Below are positions 24,343-38,162 of a DNA stretch of 64,000 bases, one piece after another. Position 1 is the stretch's first letter. Each line of letters starts with the position of its first letter. The position numbers and the translations under genes are program-made. The notes under the pieces are model-generated. The model had not been told where the DNA came from, searched no databases, and worked only from the letters and a program-made list of their open reading frames with translations. This stretch comes from Phoronis australis (Eukaryota; Animalia; Phoronida): assembly GCA_002633005.1 (NCBI GenBank), contig NMRA01000209.1:607722-671721 (forward strand). The letters run 5' to 3'.

Positions 24343-26637
24343 CGGGCATGCGTGTATTCAAAACACAACGCCCAGCGGGGTAGCATCCGCATATTTGCCA
24401 GTGAGTCATGCTGTACTAAAAAGCCAAGGAAGTCACACACGTGAAATTACATCACCACCTCTTTTAAGAATTGACAGTTCGTTATATCACTTATCACACG
24501 CAGCTCACGATATTACGGACGTGCGGCGTTACCAGAAATTTTATGAACCTTGTCTGAAGAAATGACCAACTCTCAGCGCTTAAAAAAATTGCTATGTATT
24601 TTTAATTATCTCTGTCAGTGTATGATTTATGTATGTCTTTGGAGTCAGCGAGATGAAGAGTCCTTACCAGGGCACTCCATATATACCAATTATGTACTTA
24701 GTGTTTGTTGTTTACTATTATCTGAAATAAAACCTTGTTTCTGCACTACAGGTACAGATACTTGTACATGTATACGCTTATTCTCAATCTGACTGCATTG
24801 GTGACCTTCATCTGGCTGCGGGACTACAAAAATATTATACTGACATGAAATATAGTGTCATCTTTATTCACACGTACTACCACTTCGAAAACCCAAAGGT
24901 TGTAAACTTCTAACAGCTTAAGCGACATAATTGACGACAATAAAACACTGAATGAAATGTGCAAAGCTGAGAAAAAATTACAAAAATTTGTCTCAGACAA
25001 CACTTCAGCATTTAGAGGAAATTCAGTTTTCGTGTGTGAATGTGTTTTGTTTATTTATTTTGCAAAAACAAGCGAGGTCATTTTCTTCTCAGGGTGTTGA
25101 ACTCGTGACTGTTCAATACAAATGACGTCGTGAAACTCAGCAACGAAGGTTGGCCCTCCAACCAAGGGTACAGATCGGTCCCCAATCAAAATAATTTCCC
25201 TTTAATTCCACGTCGATGTGCACTCTGTAACAGGATCACATTTATACATCTTACTCATGTAAGATCACTTTCCGGTCGTTCGCAGTAAATGAGCAATAGT
25301 GATGCAAACCTTATGCAGCGGACTGCACACTTGTCTTTGCGTCAGACTGCTTGTAGGATACATAAAATAATCTATTGTGTACAGAACAATAACAAAGCAA
25401 ACGGCGACTTTTATGTCAAAGTACAAACGCCTATCAAGCTAATCAACTCACGTGGCTGTTCCAAATAAGGAAGTCAATAGTCAGCGGGGATTTTGGATGT
25501 ATTTCCGGGTTACACGAAGGCGACTGCGCGGTGGTGGCCGGAACGAGGCTACAGCCTTACTTGCAAGTTAACTTTGCCCGGCATTTAATTTTAGACTTCA
25601 GGTGCGATATCCAGCAAGTCATTACTAAGGTAATGGGCTTTCTTCCAAAAATCATAGGTTGTGCATTATAATTATCAGATTTTTCAAGCAGATCTCTTGA
25701 TCATTTAGGAGAGCGAGTTTTCTACTCGAGCTACATGCCTACGACTGGTAGAGATGATTCAAAAATTTTCAAAACATTTGAGACACAATCTGTACAGTAA
25801 ATAATTTCGTTCCCAAATGCTTGCTCTCGTGCTTAGAGTCACTTTTTCGCATAGGCGATGAGCCCTTAGTTTTCTTCACGCAAAATTTTGATCACACTAT
25901 TTCAGTCATTTTTCAATGCACCTAGAAACAAAACAGCTGAGAGAGGTCGCAGCCTTTTTCCACTCAATTTGACTGGAAGCCTACATGTATGTTAAAAATC
26001 AGCTATTCGCAGTAAAATCAAACAAACACAACAGGGTTTTGTTGTTTTATTGGTCTGGTCAAACTCGGTGACTAAAAGCTTTTAATACGACACTTTGAAT
26101 TTGAATACTTTCCAACCACCGTTGCCCAGGTTTAATTCAGTGACGCAAGCAGACACCGTGTGGGGTTTAGGGGAAACGAGAAACTCGGCATGATTAGTTG
26201 ACACCCCGACGTAAAAACACTTGAAATTGCTTGGTGTGAGATCATCGCGTAGATTTTTAGGAAATTTAAAACATCTTTAAGACTCACGCGCCACATCTCC
26301 TGGGGTGAGGTGTTAAGTTACTAACGTAATGAAATAGCCCCACGAACATGTAATCACACGGCAACACTAAACTAGTGTTGCCGTATGATTACATGTACCG
26401 TGCAATCGCCTGTAGCAGAAAATGGGTGTTCACAGTTATCTGCACGAAGATGTTTACTACGCTGTCGTAACGAGTTCCATTCCCTGCTTGTCTCTTACTT
26501 TATGTAATCATATAATCATGATCATAATTATAATTATTTTCTTTTCATCACGCAAATGTTATTTCTCCATCAAAGTGAGGACTGGCGATGCTGAATAGGC
26601 ATTCATTCATGAACAGTTAACTGACGAGGTTACCTAT

Positions 26638-26800
26638 TTTTTCTCCGCGGCGGGGAGATTTTCTCCGGCGGAGCAAGATTTTTCCCCGGAGAAAAGTTTT
26701 CTTGTCAGCAAAAAGGTTTTCTCCAGCGCTGAGAAAAGTTTTTGTCAGCGGAGAAAGTTTTTTCTTTTATGGCGGAAAGGTGTAGTCCGCGGAGAAAAGT
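26638..26800. repeat. Degenerate short-unit repeat array (TTTTCTCCG/GCGGAGAAAAG motifs)
   Basis: Multiple direct and inverted copies of GGAGAAAA(G) / TTTTCTCC. Confidence 0.55.
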
Positions 26801-27116
26801 GATTTATTTTGCAATGTATTTTTTCGCAATGCCAGATTTGGGCCTCAGTAGTTTCGTAAGATTTCCGCTGTCGGCAGAGAAAATGAAAAAATATTTGAAT
26901 TGACAAAAAAGAAGCTGTTTTAAAACCACAAAAACTTCAATATTTTTATACATCTTAATTACCTTAGTATATGATCAGTGGGTTCATTTGTTGCCATAGA
27001 GGCGTTGAATGCAAAAATTCGTAAAAATTAACGTTTAAACTGATTGTGCCAGAACTACCCTCGGGGATGCTAATGTGAGAGTTATTCTATTTGAATATTA
27101 CAAGAATTTTTAAAAA

Positions 27117-28891
27117 AATCGCCAGATTCACTATTTTTGAAACACGGACTAAATATAAACTCTTCCATCCCAATTCAGTTATTAAATTTCCCTTCTCTAA
27201 TGATACACTGTACATGTGTATATACACTGTATGCACGCATGCGCTCAAAGAAGTCAGACCGGCTGCAGCTTGAAATCACCATTGCTTTTTTCACCAAAAG
27301 TCAAAGGGCAAATTTTCCTTATATGGAGAATGTGCTTTGTATGTATCGTGCCATACCAACAATTGAGACGTGTTTGCCTTGTGGGATACAGCCGGACCCC
27401 CACCAAGTAATTGAAAATAGACCCAGATCAAAACTTCACTAGGCATTGTGATGTGACCAACATGCGACAATAGTAGAAAGTAGTTCACATTTCTTACAAT
27501 CACATAAGTTTTATTGAGCATATTCTGGTTAATTTCAAAGCAAACTTGTGCACCTCATTAGTAATGGTTCATTGCATCAGCAGAGTCAGATGGAGAGCCA
27601 TAAACAAGACTGTACTCAGCTTAAAGAGCATCAATGAGTTCAATTTCTTGTAATGGTTATTTTCTGCAACAGTTGCTAATTTCGCCTCATTTCTTCCCAA
27701 AACCACTATTACATGTACGTTACCAGCTACGATTCCTAGTGAGCAAGCTTTACTAACCCGTCACAAAATGCTGCACGATTGTGATGATTGAAGTTTTGAA
27801 GCGTTTGTTGTTAACCACAACCATTAACATTCCATTGTGGCCTTCTGACCTAAGTGTCGCTTGATCACTCGATGCTGCACGTGCACAAGGTCAGCCATCT
27901 TGTTCTGGAGAGGTGTTTTCGTGTAAGCAAAAACAAATCTGTGATTGTTTACGCTTCACAAATTCACCAATAACCCCAATTTTTCGGGGTTTGATGTTTT
28001 GAAGTGTGAAGTNAATCGCCAGATTCACTATTTTTGAAACACGGACTAAATATAAACTCTTCCATCCCAATTCAGTTATTAAATTTCCCTTCTCTAATGA
28101 TACACTGTATATACACTGTATGCACGCATGCGCTCAAAGAAGTCAGACCGGCTGCAGCTTGAAATCACCATTGCTTTTTTCACCAAAAGTCAAAGGGCAA
28201 ATTTTCCTTATATGGAGAATGTGCTTTGTATGTATCGTGCCATACCAAAAATTGAGACGTGTTTGCCTTGTGGGATACAGCCGGACCCCCACCAAGTAAT
28301 TGAAAATAGACCCAGATCAAAACTTCACTAGGCATTGTGACGTGACCAACATGCGACAATAGTAGTTCACATTTCTTACAATCACATAAGTTTTATTGAG
28401 CATATTCTGGTTAATTTCAAAGCAAACTTGTGCACCTCATTAGTAATGGTTCATTGCATCAGCAGAGTCAGATGGAGAGCCATAAACAAGACTGTACTCA
28501 GCTTAAAGAGCATCAATGCGTTCAATTTCTTGTAATGGTTATTTTCTGCAACAGTTGCTAATTTCGCCTCATTTCTTCCCAAAACCACTATTACATGTAC
28601 GTTACCAGCTACGATTCCTAGTGAGCAAGCTTTACTAACCCGTCACAAAATGCTGCACGATTGTGATGATTGAAGTTTTGAAGCGTTTGTTGTTAACCAC
28701 AACCATTAACATTCCATTGTGGCCTTCTGACCTAAGTGTCGCTTGATCACTCGATGCTGCACGTGCACAAGGTCAGCCATGTTCTGGAGAGGTGTTTTCG
28801 TGTAAGCAAAAACAAATCAGTGATTGTTTACGCTTCACAAATTCACCAATAACCCCAATTTTTCGGGGTTTGATGTTTTGAAGTGTGAAGT
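27117..28891. repeat. Tandem duplication of ~890 bp around a single N (probable uncollapsed haplotypes)
   Basis: 27117-28012 and 28014-28891 are near-identical, differ by a few SNPs and small indels, and are separated by N at 28013. Confidence 0.92.
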
Positions 28892-29038
28892 TACATATGT
28901 TTCGTGATAAGTAAAATGTGGTAGACAACGTTAAAAGGCAGCAATTAAGTGCATGTAGATTGGACGCTTTGATGGCCTTAAGTATGTGGCCAACATGAAC
29001 ATGTGATAGGGTCGAAATATTGTTTTTGCTACCGTATT

Positions 29039-29431
29039 CAAGGTACCTAAATTACACCGTGAACGGACTCATAAACACGGTCACGGACTCATGAACACGA
29101 TCCATTCACCCAAATACACGGGACACGGACTCACATTCACGAAGAAAGACGGTTAACGGACCGCCAAACACGGTTTACGGACAAAATGTAGATGTCAGCT
29201 GACCCAGGTAGCCGATGAGTCCGTGACCTGTGTTTGGCGGTCCGTTAACCGTGTTTCATCGTGAATGTGAGTCCGTGTCCCGTGTATTTGGGTGTGGGTG
29301 AATGGATCGTGTTTCGTGAGCCCGTTTCCGTGTTTGTTAGACAGTGAACGGCGTTTGCAGGTACGTGAGTCGTGTTCATGCGTCCGTGACCGTGTTTATG
29401 AGTACGTTAACCGTGTAGTTTAGGTACCTTG
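29039..29431. mobile_element. Foldback element with long modular TIRs and 5-bp TSD
   Basis: CAAGGTACCTAAA...TTTAGGTACCTTG termini; arms of ~140+ bp built from CACGG/ACGGAC modules; GTATT duplicated at 29034-29038 and 29432-29436. Confidence 0.88.
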
Positions 29432-30340
29432 GTATTGTCGCTCCATTATGCCCATGGGCGTCCGTGCAAAAATGCGTTTGTATGCAAAACTTTGGCGCAT
29501 GAGCCAATATAGGAAACACTACTTACTAAATTGCTCTAAAATACGCCAAGGAACTCCACAGATACAGAGGCAATCGTAAAAAAATGACATGAGGCGGCAC
29601 AGCAGTAGTCAAAAAGAGTACATCTACATTTATATGGGCCTACTACTCAGGAGACATTACAGTAGCTAGATTAATATACGAAACATAGGCGCATACGCTA
29701 ATGTGCGAACCACTTGAGTAACAAGGCTGCGAAAAAACAGTATTTCGGATATATACCTAAAGGCTCAACAATATGGTACATTACATGTCGAAAATAACCT
29801 CCGCCTTCCTGATTAAATGTTGTATTGGCGTCTATTATAACAGATAAATTATATAGATTTACGATGTACCAATTAACAAGTTACATCAATTCGATATACA
29901 AAGCTATTTAAGTATGCGTACATTGCCCCAGTGCACGGACATGGATCCTTTGTAAAGTGCGGCGTTTTTTGGCTAATCGTCCCTCAGGCTCGAAACAGAT
30001 AGGAAGAGGCGGGGTATTGGGCATCCTGTTATGCTTATGAAGCAATGTGGATTTGTGTTTTCACGGGAGTCAATTTCCGTAAGACTCGATGAAGTTCCCA
30101 TTAATCATGAATTAACAAATTGGCAAATTTTCATAAACAATGGTTGACACATGAAAACGCTTATTGATTCCCAGAAATTATATTGACATTTCTCTGTAAT
30201 TTACAGGTCAATAAAATAGCGTGACCTTCAAACGGGATGTCATAAAATCAGCACTGACGCGTCCCAGCGACTGACAAAATGAGCTGATGAAAAATATTAT
30301 GGCCGTCATCACCACTATATCCCTGCTACATTCTACACGA

Positions 30341-30740
30341 TTGTCATCGTCATCATCATCATCATCATCATCACCACCACCTCCATCATTATGAACGTCA
30401 TAAATATCATATCATCGACACCATCACCACTACCACCACCATCATCATCACCATCACCATAATACTCATCATCAACATTGTCTTCGTTATCTTCACCAAC
30501 ACTACCAAATCAGTATCCACATCAACGCCACCGTCACCGCCGTCATCGCAGTTTTTTCCACGGTTGTCCTTTTTCACGTCTACATTCCTGTGATTGTCGT
30601 CATCTTGGTAGGCGTAATCGTCCTTTTCCTTGTCGACATCATCACCGTCCACTATTATTCTTGTCTCATTTACTGTTGCCATGACGTCATTGTTGCCAAC
30701 ACGTCGTCACCACCATCGTCGCCACGGTCGCCTTGCACCA
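30341..30740. repeat. Degenerate (CAT/CAC/CGT)n tract
   Basis: Pure (CAT)n at ~30345-30372 grading into degenerate triplets. Confidence 0.9.
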
Positions 30741-32502
30741 CTTTCGTTCTCTTTTTGCTTTCCATCATCTAAAGTTAATTGCCAGTGATTTGTCTGGGAC
30801 TACACGTGGGAATACTCTATCTGTATTTGTGCAATACATCTTTACATTACATGCCCAATTTGCGTTTACATAGTTTACCCCCTATCCTTCACAGACATCC
30901 CGTCACCATGGATATTTTTTGCTCATTGCTAATTTGGTGGAAACAATTACATCGCCACTACGGCTGTTTATCATTATCAGTAAAGCAACTGACAATGCAG
31001 TAAGAACCTTCGCATTGAATATATATACTGCCGATTAGAGCCAATTTCGAAAAGCTCAACTAACTCAGCGGGCATCCCTTTGAATGCCCATGCGCAGTTG
31101 CCACTTCCGCGAAAAGGTGAAAATGGTTGTGGATCTCAATATATTGGTGTTTATTTGTGTTTATTTATTTTGTTTTTTCAAGTTTTTGTGTAAAAGTGAA
31201 GATGCGTTTCTATCTCAAATGGTGAGAGGAGGGAAAGGTTGAGACCGAACACGTACATGTATATCATGCTTTTAGACCCGACGGGAGCATGGCTTTCCAA
31301 CCGAAACAAGGAAAATTTGAATGAAAAACACGTACACTCCGATAAAATCAAACGTCTGACTGGTCCTCAGGGTACGGATCAGCCAGCTTCTGTTGGAAAT
31401 GCACTTCTCCCAAAATTTCGAAAAGCGCCCGCTTTTCCATCTCAGACCACCGATGACCAAAATAGCGTTTCTTTGTTGAGACTATATATTCATCCCTGTT
31501 TTGACCTTATGATTGCTTGTTGACAAAGTTCTGTGTCTCACACAATAATTTTTCTGCGCACGTGCAGCCACTGCAATTCCAGTGTTGAATGCCATCTGTT
31601 GTCCACACTGGTAATTACATACATGTACATAATATGATCAAATTACACACGGGTCCAAGCAGTCTGAATCCGCCTCTTTCAGTCATATTCGAGGGATCCA
31701 GAACGACCAAATCCAAGTGCAGTATCTTACATTTGGTGATCCTGATCGGTAAAAATAAAACCTCCGTTCAGGAATTCGCGATTCAGTGGGACTGCCACAT
31801 AATTCTTGATTTTCTGTCATTCCGTTTTCCTGGGGCTCTCAGGTAAAATTAAATCCTTGTGGAGTAACTGTAAAATTCGTAAGTTGGTTAAGTAGTCTTA
31901 CGTTTATTGAACTTGCACTTTCCCTTAATAATTATAATTTCAGTAAATGGTTCCAAATGTATTGTTATTGGTTTTCCTCATAGAACCGCCGTTAACCAGG
32001 GTCACAACTGCCATAACAAGTACATATATTTACTGGTGTTTAAAGGATCACAGTGAAAGCTGGTGCTCTAAAGTGATTTCTAACGTCAATTTAAACAGTT
32101 AAAACTGTGATGTTGACACGTCAGTTAAGTAGGTGTGGCACATTAAGTTGTCTTACACCATTCGACAGTTATGGTTTTGTAGGTATCGTATCGATTTCTA
32201 AACGTCAACATGTCAGCGTCACTCAGTGAGTTGGCGTTGCCCCCCGGACGGCGCGCGCTGTAGCAGCATGGGCTTCATAAATAGACGCTCGCACTTATTT
32301 TATGAGGATTAAATCAAAAGTCTTCGCTTAGGTGAAACGTCTCATTATTCGCTCACGGTTGTTTTAAACCCTCAATAGAGTTGATCTAGTCTGATATATT
32401 CGTCTCACAGGAAATCCGCAACACTGTTTGACGATTTATAAAAGGAATTAGTCATGGAACACCCAAGTTGTTGATAACTTCGAGAACTTACTGGCGTGAA
32501 AA

Positions 32503-32566
32503 ATGAAGCCTATGGATTTCAGCGTTTTCATAGGTGTGTTGGGAATTTTACTTGACTGTCTGAAAG
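32503..32566 (+). CDS. Candidate first coding exon of a small secreted protein (signal-peptide-like)
   Basis: AAAATG start, MKPMDFSVFIGVLGILLDCLK, then phase-1 donor AAG/GTAAAG. Upstream acceptor-like TCTCACAG at 32403-32410. Confidence 0.4.
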
Positions 32567-35500
32567 GTAAAGTAATTCATTTTGTCTGTTTACTTCTTTT
32601 ACGTTAATCGCACTGGAAGCGACTCTACTATTTCCCGCTTGTCACTCGCGAATGTGTACATTTAAACTTTCGGCAGAGTCAAAGGTTGGAAGCCTATGTG
32701 GTACTTGCCTATGAAAACGCACTTAGCAATAAGAAGGAGGGATTAATTCAAACTTTGAAAATCCTTTAATTTTACGTGTATCTAAATTCCTAGTAGGCTG
32801 ATGATAGCGTATTTGCATATAGTGGTAGCTGCACTCCTGTATGAAGAAGGCGTGTTCTGTTGAGTCTATACTCTCATTTTGCCTTGAAGAAAATACTTGA
32901 CCCAGAATACATATTAATTACCAACGATTGTTTGGAATTCCTTGTTAACATGAAGTGAAAACGTGTGTGTATTGACTATTTTTGGTGTAATTAGAATGAA
33001 AATAGCAAGGATGTGTAACATTTCCAAAGTCATTCTAGTTTGCTGAAATTTGGTAAGCCAATGCTCAAATTATATGGCAACGTTTCTCGCCTCATGTGTA
33101 AACGAAACAAAACGTCTTTAATTTAGTATGCTCGTTAGGATGGCTCGCTTGAATGCAACTTGTAATTCAGGCGTGAAATATCTACAAGCAATAAGATGCG
33201 TGTGTATTAACTGGATTGGCAATAAAAAATCATTTTTTGCTCGAAAATACCAATCTTTAGCGGCGTACACGTAGCCTAGGAGGATTTAAATGGAGGGACA
33301 GGACCCAGGGCTTCCTTCTAACGTGTCAATCTCAGCTGCATATATTTATAAGTGCTTACGCGAATATTTTTCTTCGAAAATTCTGGTTGTGCCACATCCT
33401 CACCACATCCTAGTGCGAAGAACGCACGCGCATTGCACACGCTACCGCGTACTATGAAATTAGGTAAAGAGAAGGAAATGTGTAACTTATCTCTCTCAGT
33501 CCATTGGCTTGCTAAAAAGTCTTGCTGTGCGAATATCCCTGCCCCCGGTCAGCCGCTTCCAAATAATTTAGGGTAATCGCTTTCCAACATTAAATTTCAA
33601 CCGCATTCGCAGAATGTAATCTAAACACGCGAAGTTGCCATAGTAACAGCTTCATTTTGTGATTTTCACAGCTCTGCGGAATTATAACAACAAGAATTTG
33701 GCAATAGCTTAGGAATCTAAGCTGACAGTTATCAAACAAACACTTCTTTCGTTTGTAAGCATTCATGGTATTTGTGCATGTGTTTTTAAAATTAATTAGC
33801 GGCTAATAAAATGTCAAAATGAAATGCCCCAGAGTATGCTCGATTGTGATTGATGTACCTTTAACGTTCTCCTCAGCGTGAAGTGCAGTTTCTGATTAGG
33901 CAAAATGTAATTCATAATTCTTACCAATTATTTGCATATTCACGTAATTTTTTCAATCTTAATTTAAGATCGTCGTGGTCGGTAAATCGTGTGATCGTTG
34001 TTTCTGTTATACTATTTGTTAATTCAAACGGTATGAGAAAAAATTCTAGAGCGTAGTATACCGTAACTTATATATTGTATGTATTGCTTTACAAAGATTC
34101 GATAGCTTGAAAAAGTTAGCCCGGCATCTTTGTCTGCAATCCGAATTACTATTCTTTTTGATAGACTGCCCGTCTTTATCAAATAAGTTATTACCTTAAT
34201 AGACAGATTCACCAATTCTATCGATAGGATTATTATTTCTGTCGATGAGTTACCGTCTCTGTCGATAGACCTACTATCTCTGATCCATAGAGAGGGTAAC
34301 TATCTATATCTGCAGACCTGTTACTCCAGGGGTAAAGTTATTGACTACAGTGGGAGAATTACTATCTACTATCTCTATCGTTAGAGTTGCTATCTCAATC
34401 GACAGACATGATGGGAATACGATATTATTAATGGATCGGCGGCTTGCTTGTGTTTGCGGGTCTAGCTTTCGGCCACGTTCTGGGCCCTTTGTCGGAGTAC
34501 TGGCGGGAATCTTCGTGTCAAATAGACACCAGTGGATTGTCCTTGACTGTTGTCAGACACCACCTAGTGGCTGTTACTTGACAGGAGGCGCTGGTAAATA
34601 CCTAGTAATTCATATCCACTGGCTCTGTTCAATTTCACTTTATTGCAAATGATTTCGACTGCTTCTCTGATTTCACGATTCCAATGTTTATTTTATCTAG
34701 ACAGTATTTTGACTGTGGGTTTGCAAATGTCATGCGATGTGTCCACAGGTGTTCTCCTACGTCTGTATAGGGTTGCCAGATGATATGTTAAACTCTTCTT
34801 TTGGTCTGGTTCGTAACTTCGGAGCGGTCTCACCAACATATTTCGCTGGAAAATCAGGGCACTCGATAATGTATATAATAATTCAATCGACAGAGACAGG
34901 ATTGGAAAAAAAATTCCGTGTTGTGGTTTTACAATCACCCGCGATGAAATTTTTGAAATGTCTTGAAATTTTTTCAGTCTTGAGTTTCCGTCAGTCTGTT
35001 TCGTAGCTTATTTCTACAAAATGCCGATTTTGTTTATTTTACCAATGGCATTAAATGCAATTACACTGTACGTTTTCTACCGCCAGATGGAGACAGGCTA
35101 CTTGATGAAGTGAAAGGTTGCCAGTTTCCCGCCTTATTTGACATTTTGCAGAGTTATCTGTCTTACTCTCAACTATAATTTCGCGTTCGAACTGAGTCAC
35201 AAGAATACGTAACAGAAAGAAAGCTCCATTCATCCTGTTTACATGATGCTGGTTGAAACACGAAAATCGAAATAAGCCAACTTTTGCTCTCACAACATCT
35301 GTCTCATGATATTCCTTAACTATATAGGATTTCATATTCGTTACCAAACAAAACATTGCAAGCACCAACCAAAGGGAACGCTTTAAACCTCATTGGCGTT
35401 GGACAATCGTAAAGTTTCAGATTCGAAACTGTCGCAATACAGCTATATATGTGACTGAGTTGCAGGCTCATTCACCAATAATTCAAGATTTGTGAGAAGG

Positions 35501-35941
35501 AAATTATAAACCCCAAAGCGCTTCGCATTACACAAATCTGGTGAAAACTGAGTGTCGACCAGCCAGATTTTTTGCAAATCCAAAGTGTCTGATGGGTATC
35601 TGAATTACCTGCTCACTTTCAGCTTCATGCTTGCACCAAAGACGATACGGTCTTTGCTTGCAAACAGTTTGAGAAAAGCCACGACTGAGCAAAAAAGTGG
35701 GGGTCAGGGGTTAACTGCTGCCAATCACTCAGAACAGATTAAAAAATTAAGCAAATCAAACTCTTCATATGCGGCACAACCTCGAAGAGGCCAATTTTTA
35801 ATGAAATTGAGACAGGTAACTTCAATTCTGGCTCAAAAAACCATGGAGTGCCATTATAAACTCGTGAGACTGGCGCACCTCTTTGTCGACCACATTGAAG
35901 ACTTGGGGAATTCAGAAACATTTTTGTAATTTATACTGCAG

Positions 35942-36016
35942 GTACATGTTCGGAAGGAAATCCGCTCGTGGACTCTGCTTCACAGCCATTACAGAACGAC
36001 GTTTATAGAGTGCTGG
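35942..36016 (+). CDS. Candidate internal exon (phase 1-1, 75 nt)
   Basis: TTTATACTGCAG acceptor and consensus G/GTAAGT donor; open in the frame set by the previous exon: (G)TCSEGNPLVDSASQPLQNDVYRVL. Confidence 0.4.
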
Positions 36017-37615
36017 GTAAGTACAAGGAATATACCGGAGGGTAGCCAAATACAATTGCTAAGTGAAAAATATTACTAAACCCTCTTGTAGAGTGTTAAA
36101 GGACAAGGCCTACAACTGTTAAATCACCGGAACATCTTTATGCTGTGTGAATGATATTTTTCACCCCTCAACTACGTGTTTCAAAACTCCTTACGCAGTT
36201 TGCAAATTTGACAACCTCGAATAAAGGTTTGCAATATTCAAACCCAACAGCCAACCTCGAAACACAGAATCATCTTTGGTTGAGACACGGTATGAAAGTG
36301 TTTTGCGGGATACGAGGTTGTGTAACAAGACAGTTAAGAAGTTTAAATACTAGTATGTCATGCATTGAAACCGAATTATAATTTTTGATCTGTGTTCAAA
36401 AATGTCGAAAGTCACGTGTCATTGTGTTATCTATCAAAATAATGTGAGTCTGTGCAATACTTGAAACGGTGGACCCATTATGCTGGGCCGTGGCGAATTC
36501 ATGCACCACGACTGGCCGATGAATCTCGCGTCAATTCTGTCAAACATATACACTCGTTCACAATGCTACGAAAGGTATAGCTAGGTGGCGCTATGTCAGA
36601 GGGTATCAAACGACTACATTTTGTGATAAAGCCTTTTCGAGTAAAGATGCAGTGTTAGGAAGTCAGAACTGGACTTAGGCCACGCGAGCCAGAGACGTAT
36701 CAGCTGAGTGACGTTGCTCCATGCTCCATGCGGACTAATTTACCATAACATATGATCTCAAGAAAGTCTGGAATAGTTGCTTTTAACATCGAGGAACTTT
36801 TCACGGTCGATCTTTACTCTTTCTGAGAATTTTTTTGAAGATTCGCGAACAGTTGGCGAAACTCTGGCATTGCAAAATGGCAACCTGAGTCTTATAACAC
36901 GAACTAACTCCATGTAATAGATCACAAATATGTTAATTTCGCAGGAATAGGTCAACTTTGACCTTTGTGATTGGTTGCAACATAAAGGTCTGGGGGAAAT
37001 TCTCAAGGATGCAGCCTTGTAGAATTTTGTCACCATTGCATGGGCGGCGCAGCACTGAAAAAAGTGGAGGGACTAAAGCCCCCCCCCCCAGCCCCCTATG
37101 GTGCACCACCTATGCACTGAGGTCACTGGCCAGGGATTATTGCCTTTTTCCCCTGGGTATACGTATACATATACATGTATATGTAAAATGTGAACACTGA
37201 GTTTTGTCGGCTTTGGAAACGACCATCAAAATAATAGCTGGCTGATTTACCCAATTCCCTTTGACCTCTTTGAATCATTTTACAGTTTTAACATAACGAA
37301 AACACTCTCTTCAGTCCGATTCCTAGGAAACGTTCATGCGATTGACACCTGGCGTGCGTTCCGCGTACGCGACAACCTCGCGAAAACAAGAGCACGCAAC
37401 ACATCGCTAAAGTTTTCCATGTTTTACTAGCGAAGCACGTGATCACAATAGCTTCCTTCGCGAGAATGCTGCGTCCACGGAACTGGATCGTGTGGACTTA
37501 TTGACTGATAATGAAACGTTAACTCCCTCAACCTGCACTCCACTAACTGCGTGCGTACTCATGTACTTGTTCATTCGGCGCCTTTGGACAACAGCACTAC
37601 TTGTTGTCTTACCAG

Positions 37616-37704
37616 GGCTGCTGGACAAAATTGGCATGAAGCGAAATGGCCGTTTGCAATCTGAGGGATTTCTGGGACTATACCAGTCACATTTCTGTCA
37701 CTGA
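37616..37704 (+). CDS. Candidate terminal coding exon
   Basis: TTGTTGTCTTACCAG acceptor; phase-1 frame reads (G)LLDKIGMKRNGRLQSEGFLGLYQSHFCH*, which contains a KR dibasic site. Confidence 0.25.
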
Positions 37705-37712
37705 TGTGATTA

Positions 37713-38162
37713 GGCTCTATCGTGGTGAAAGAGACGCGCGTAATTACGCTCGTAATTAGGACCGTCACTTCGCTCGTGTTTCATGACCGTAACAATTTTA
37801 TCCAATGATAAACTGGTCTGTAGGTCACATGGACTCCGAAGGTGTTGTGCGTGCCTAATGTGATGCTCGCATTTTTTCACTCGTGTTTTTACGTTCGTAA
37901 ACCACGCTCCTATTTTTCGGTCGTAATATTACGTTCATAAGCTTACGCTCGTAATGTTATGATCGTATCTAGCACATGTGTATGAAGTGTTCAGAAGATA
38001 AAATCTCAGGTGCAAAGTATATGAGTGCAACTAATTGAAAAATAACGAAGACTGACTGACATGTTTTTACTTCCTGCCCTGACGATTTCGGTCATAAAAC
38101 ACGGGGGAAGTCTTAGTCGTAATTATGCGTGTAATTAAGCGTGACACTTTCACCCGAAGGCC
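37713..38162. mobile_element. MITE with imperfect TIRs and internal CGTAATTACG-type repeats
   Basis: Left GGTGAAAG..ACGCGCGTAATTACGCTCGTAATTA mirrors right TAATTATGCGTGTAATTAAGCGTGACACTTTCACC; GGC...GCC ends. Confidence 0.6.

Noticed and set aside
29039-29431. CRISPR-like repeat array
   Set aside because: Modules are irregular, arranged as an inverted repeat with no unique spacers, in eukaryotic context with no cas genes.
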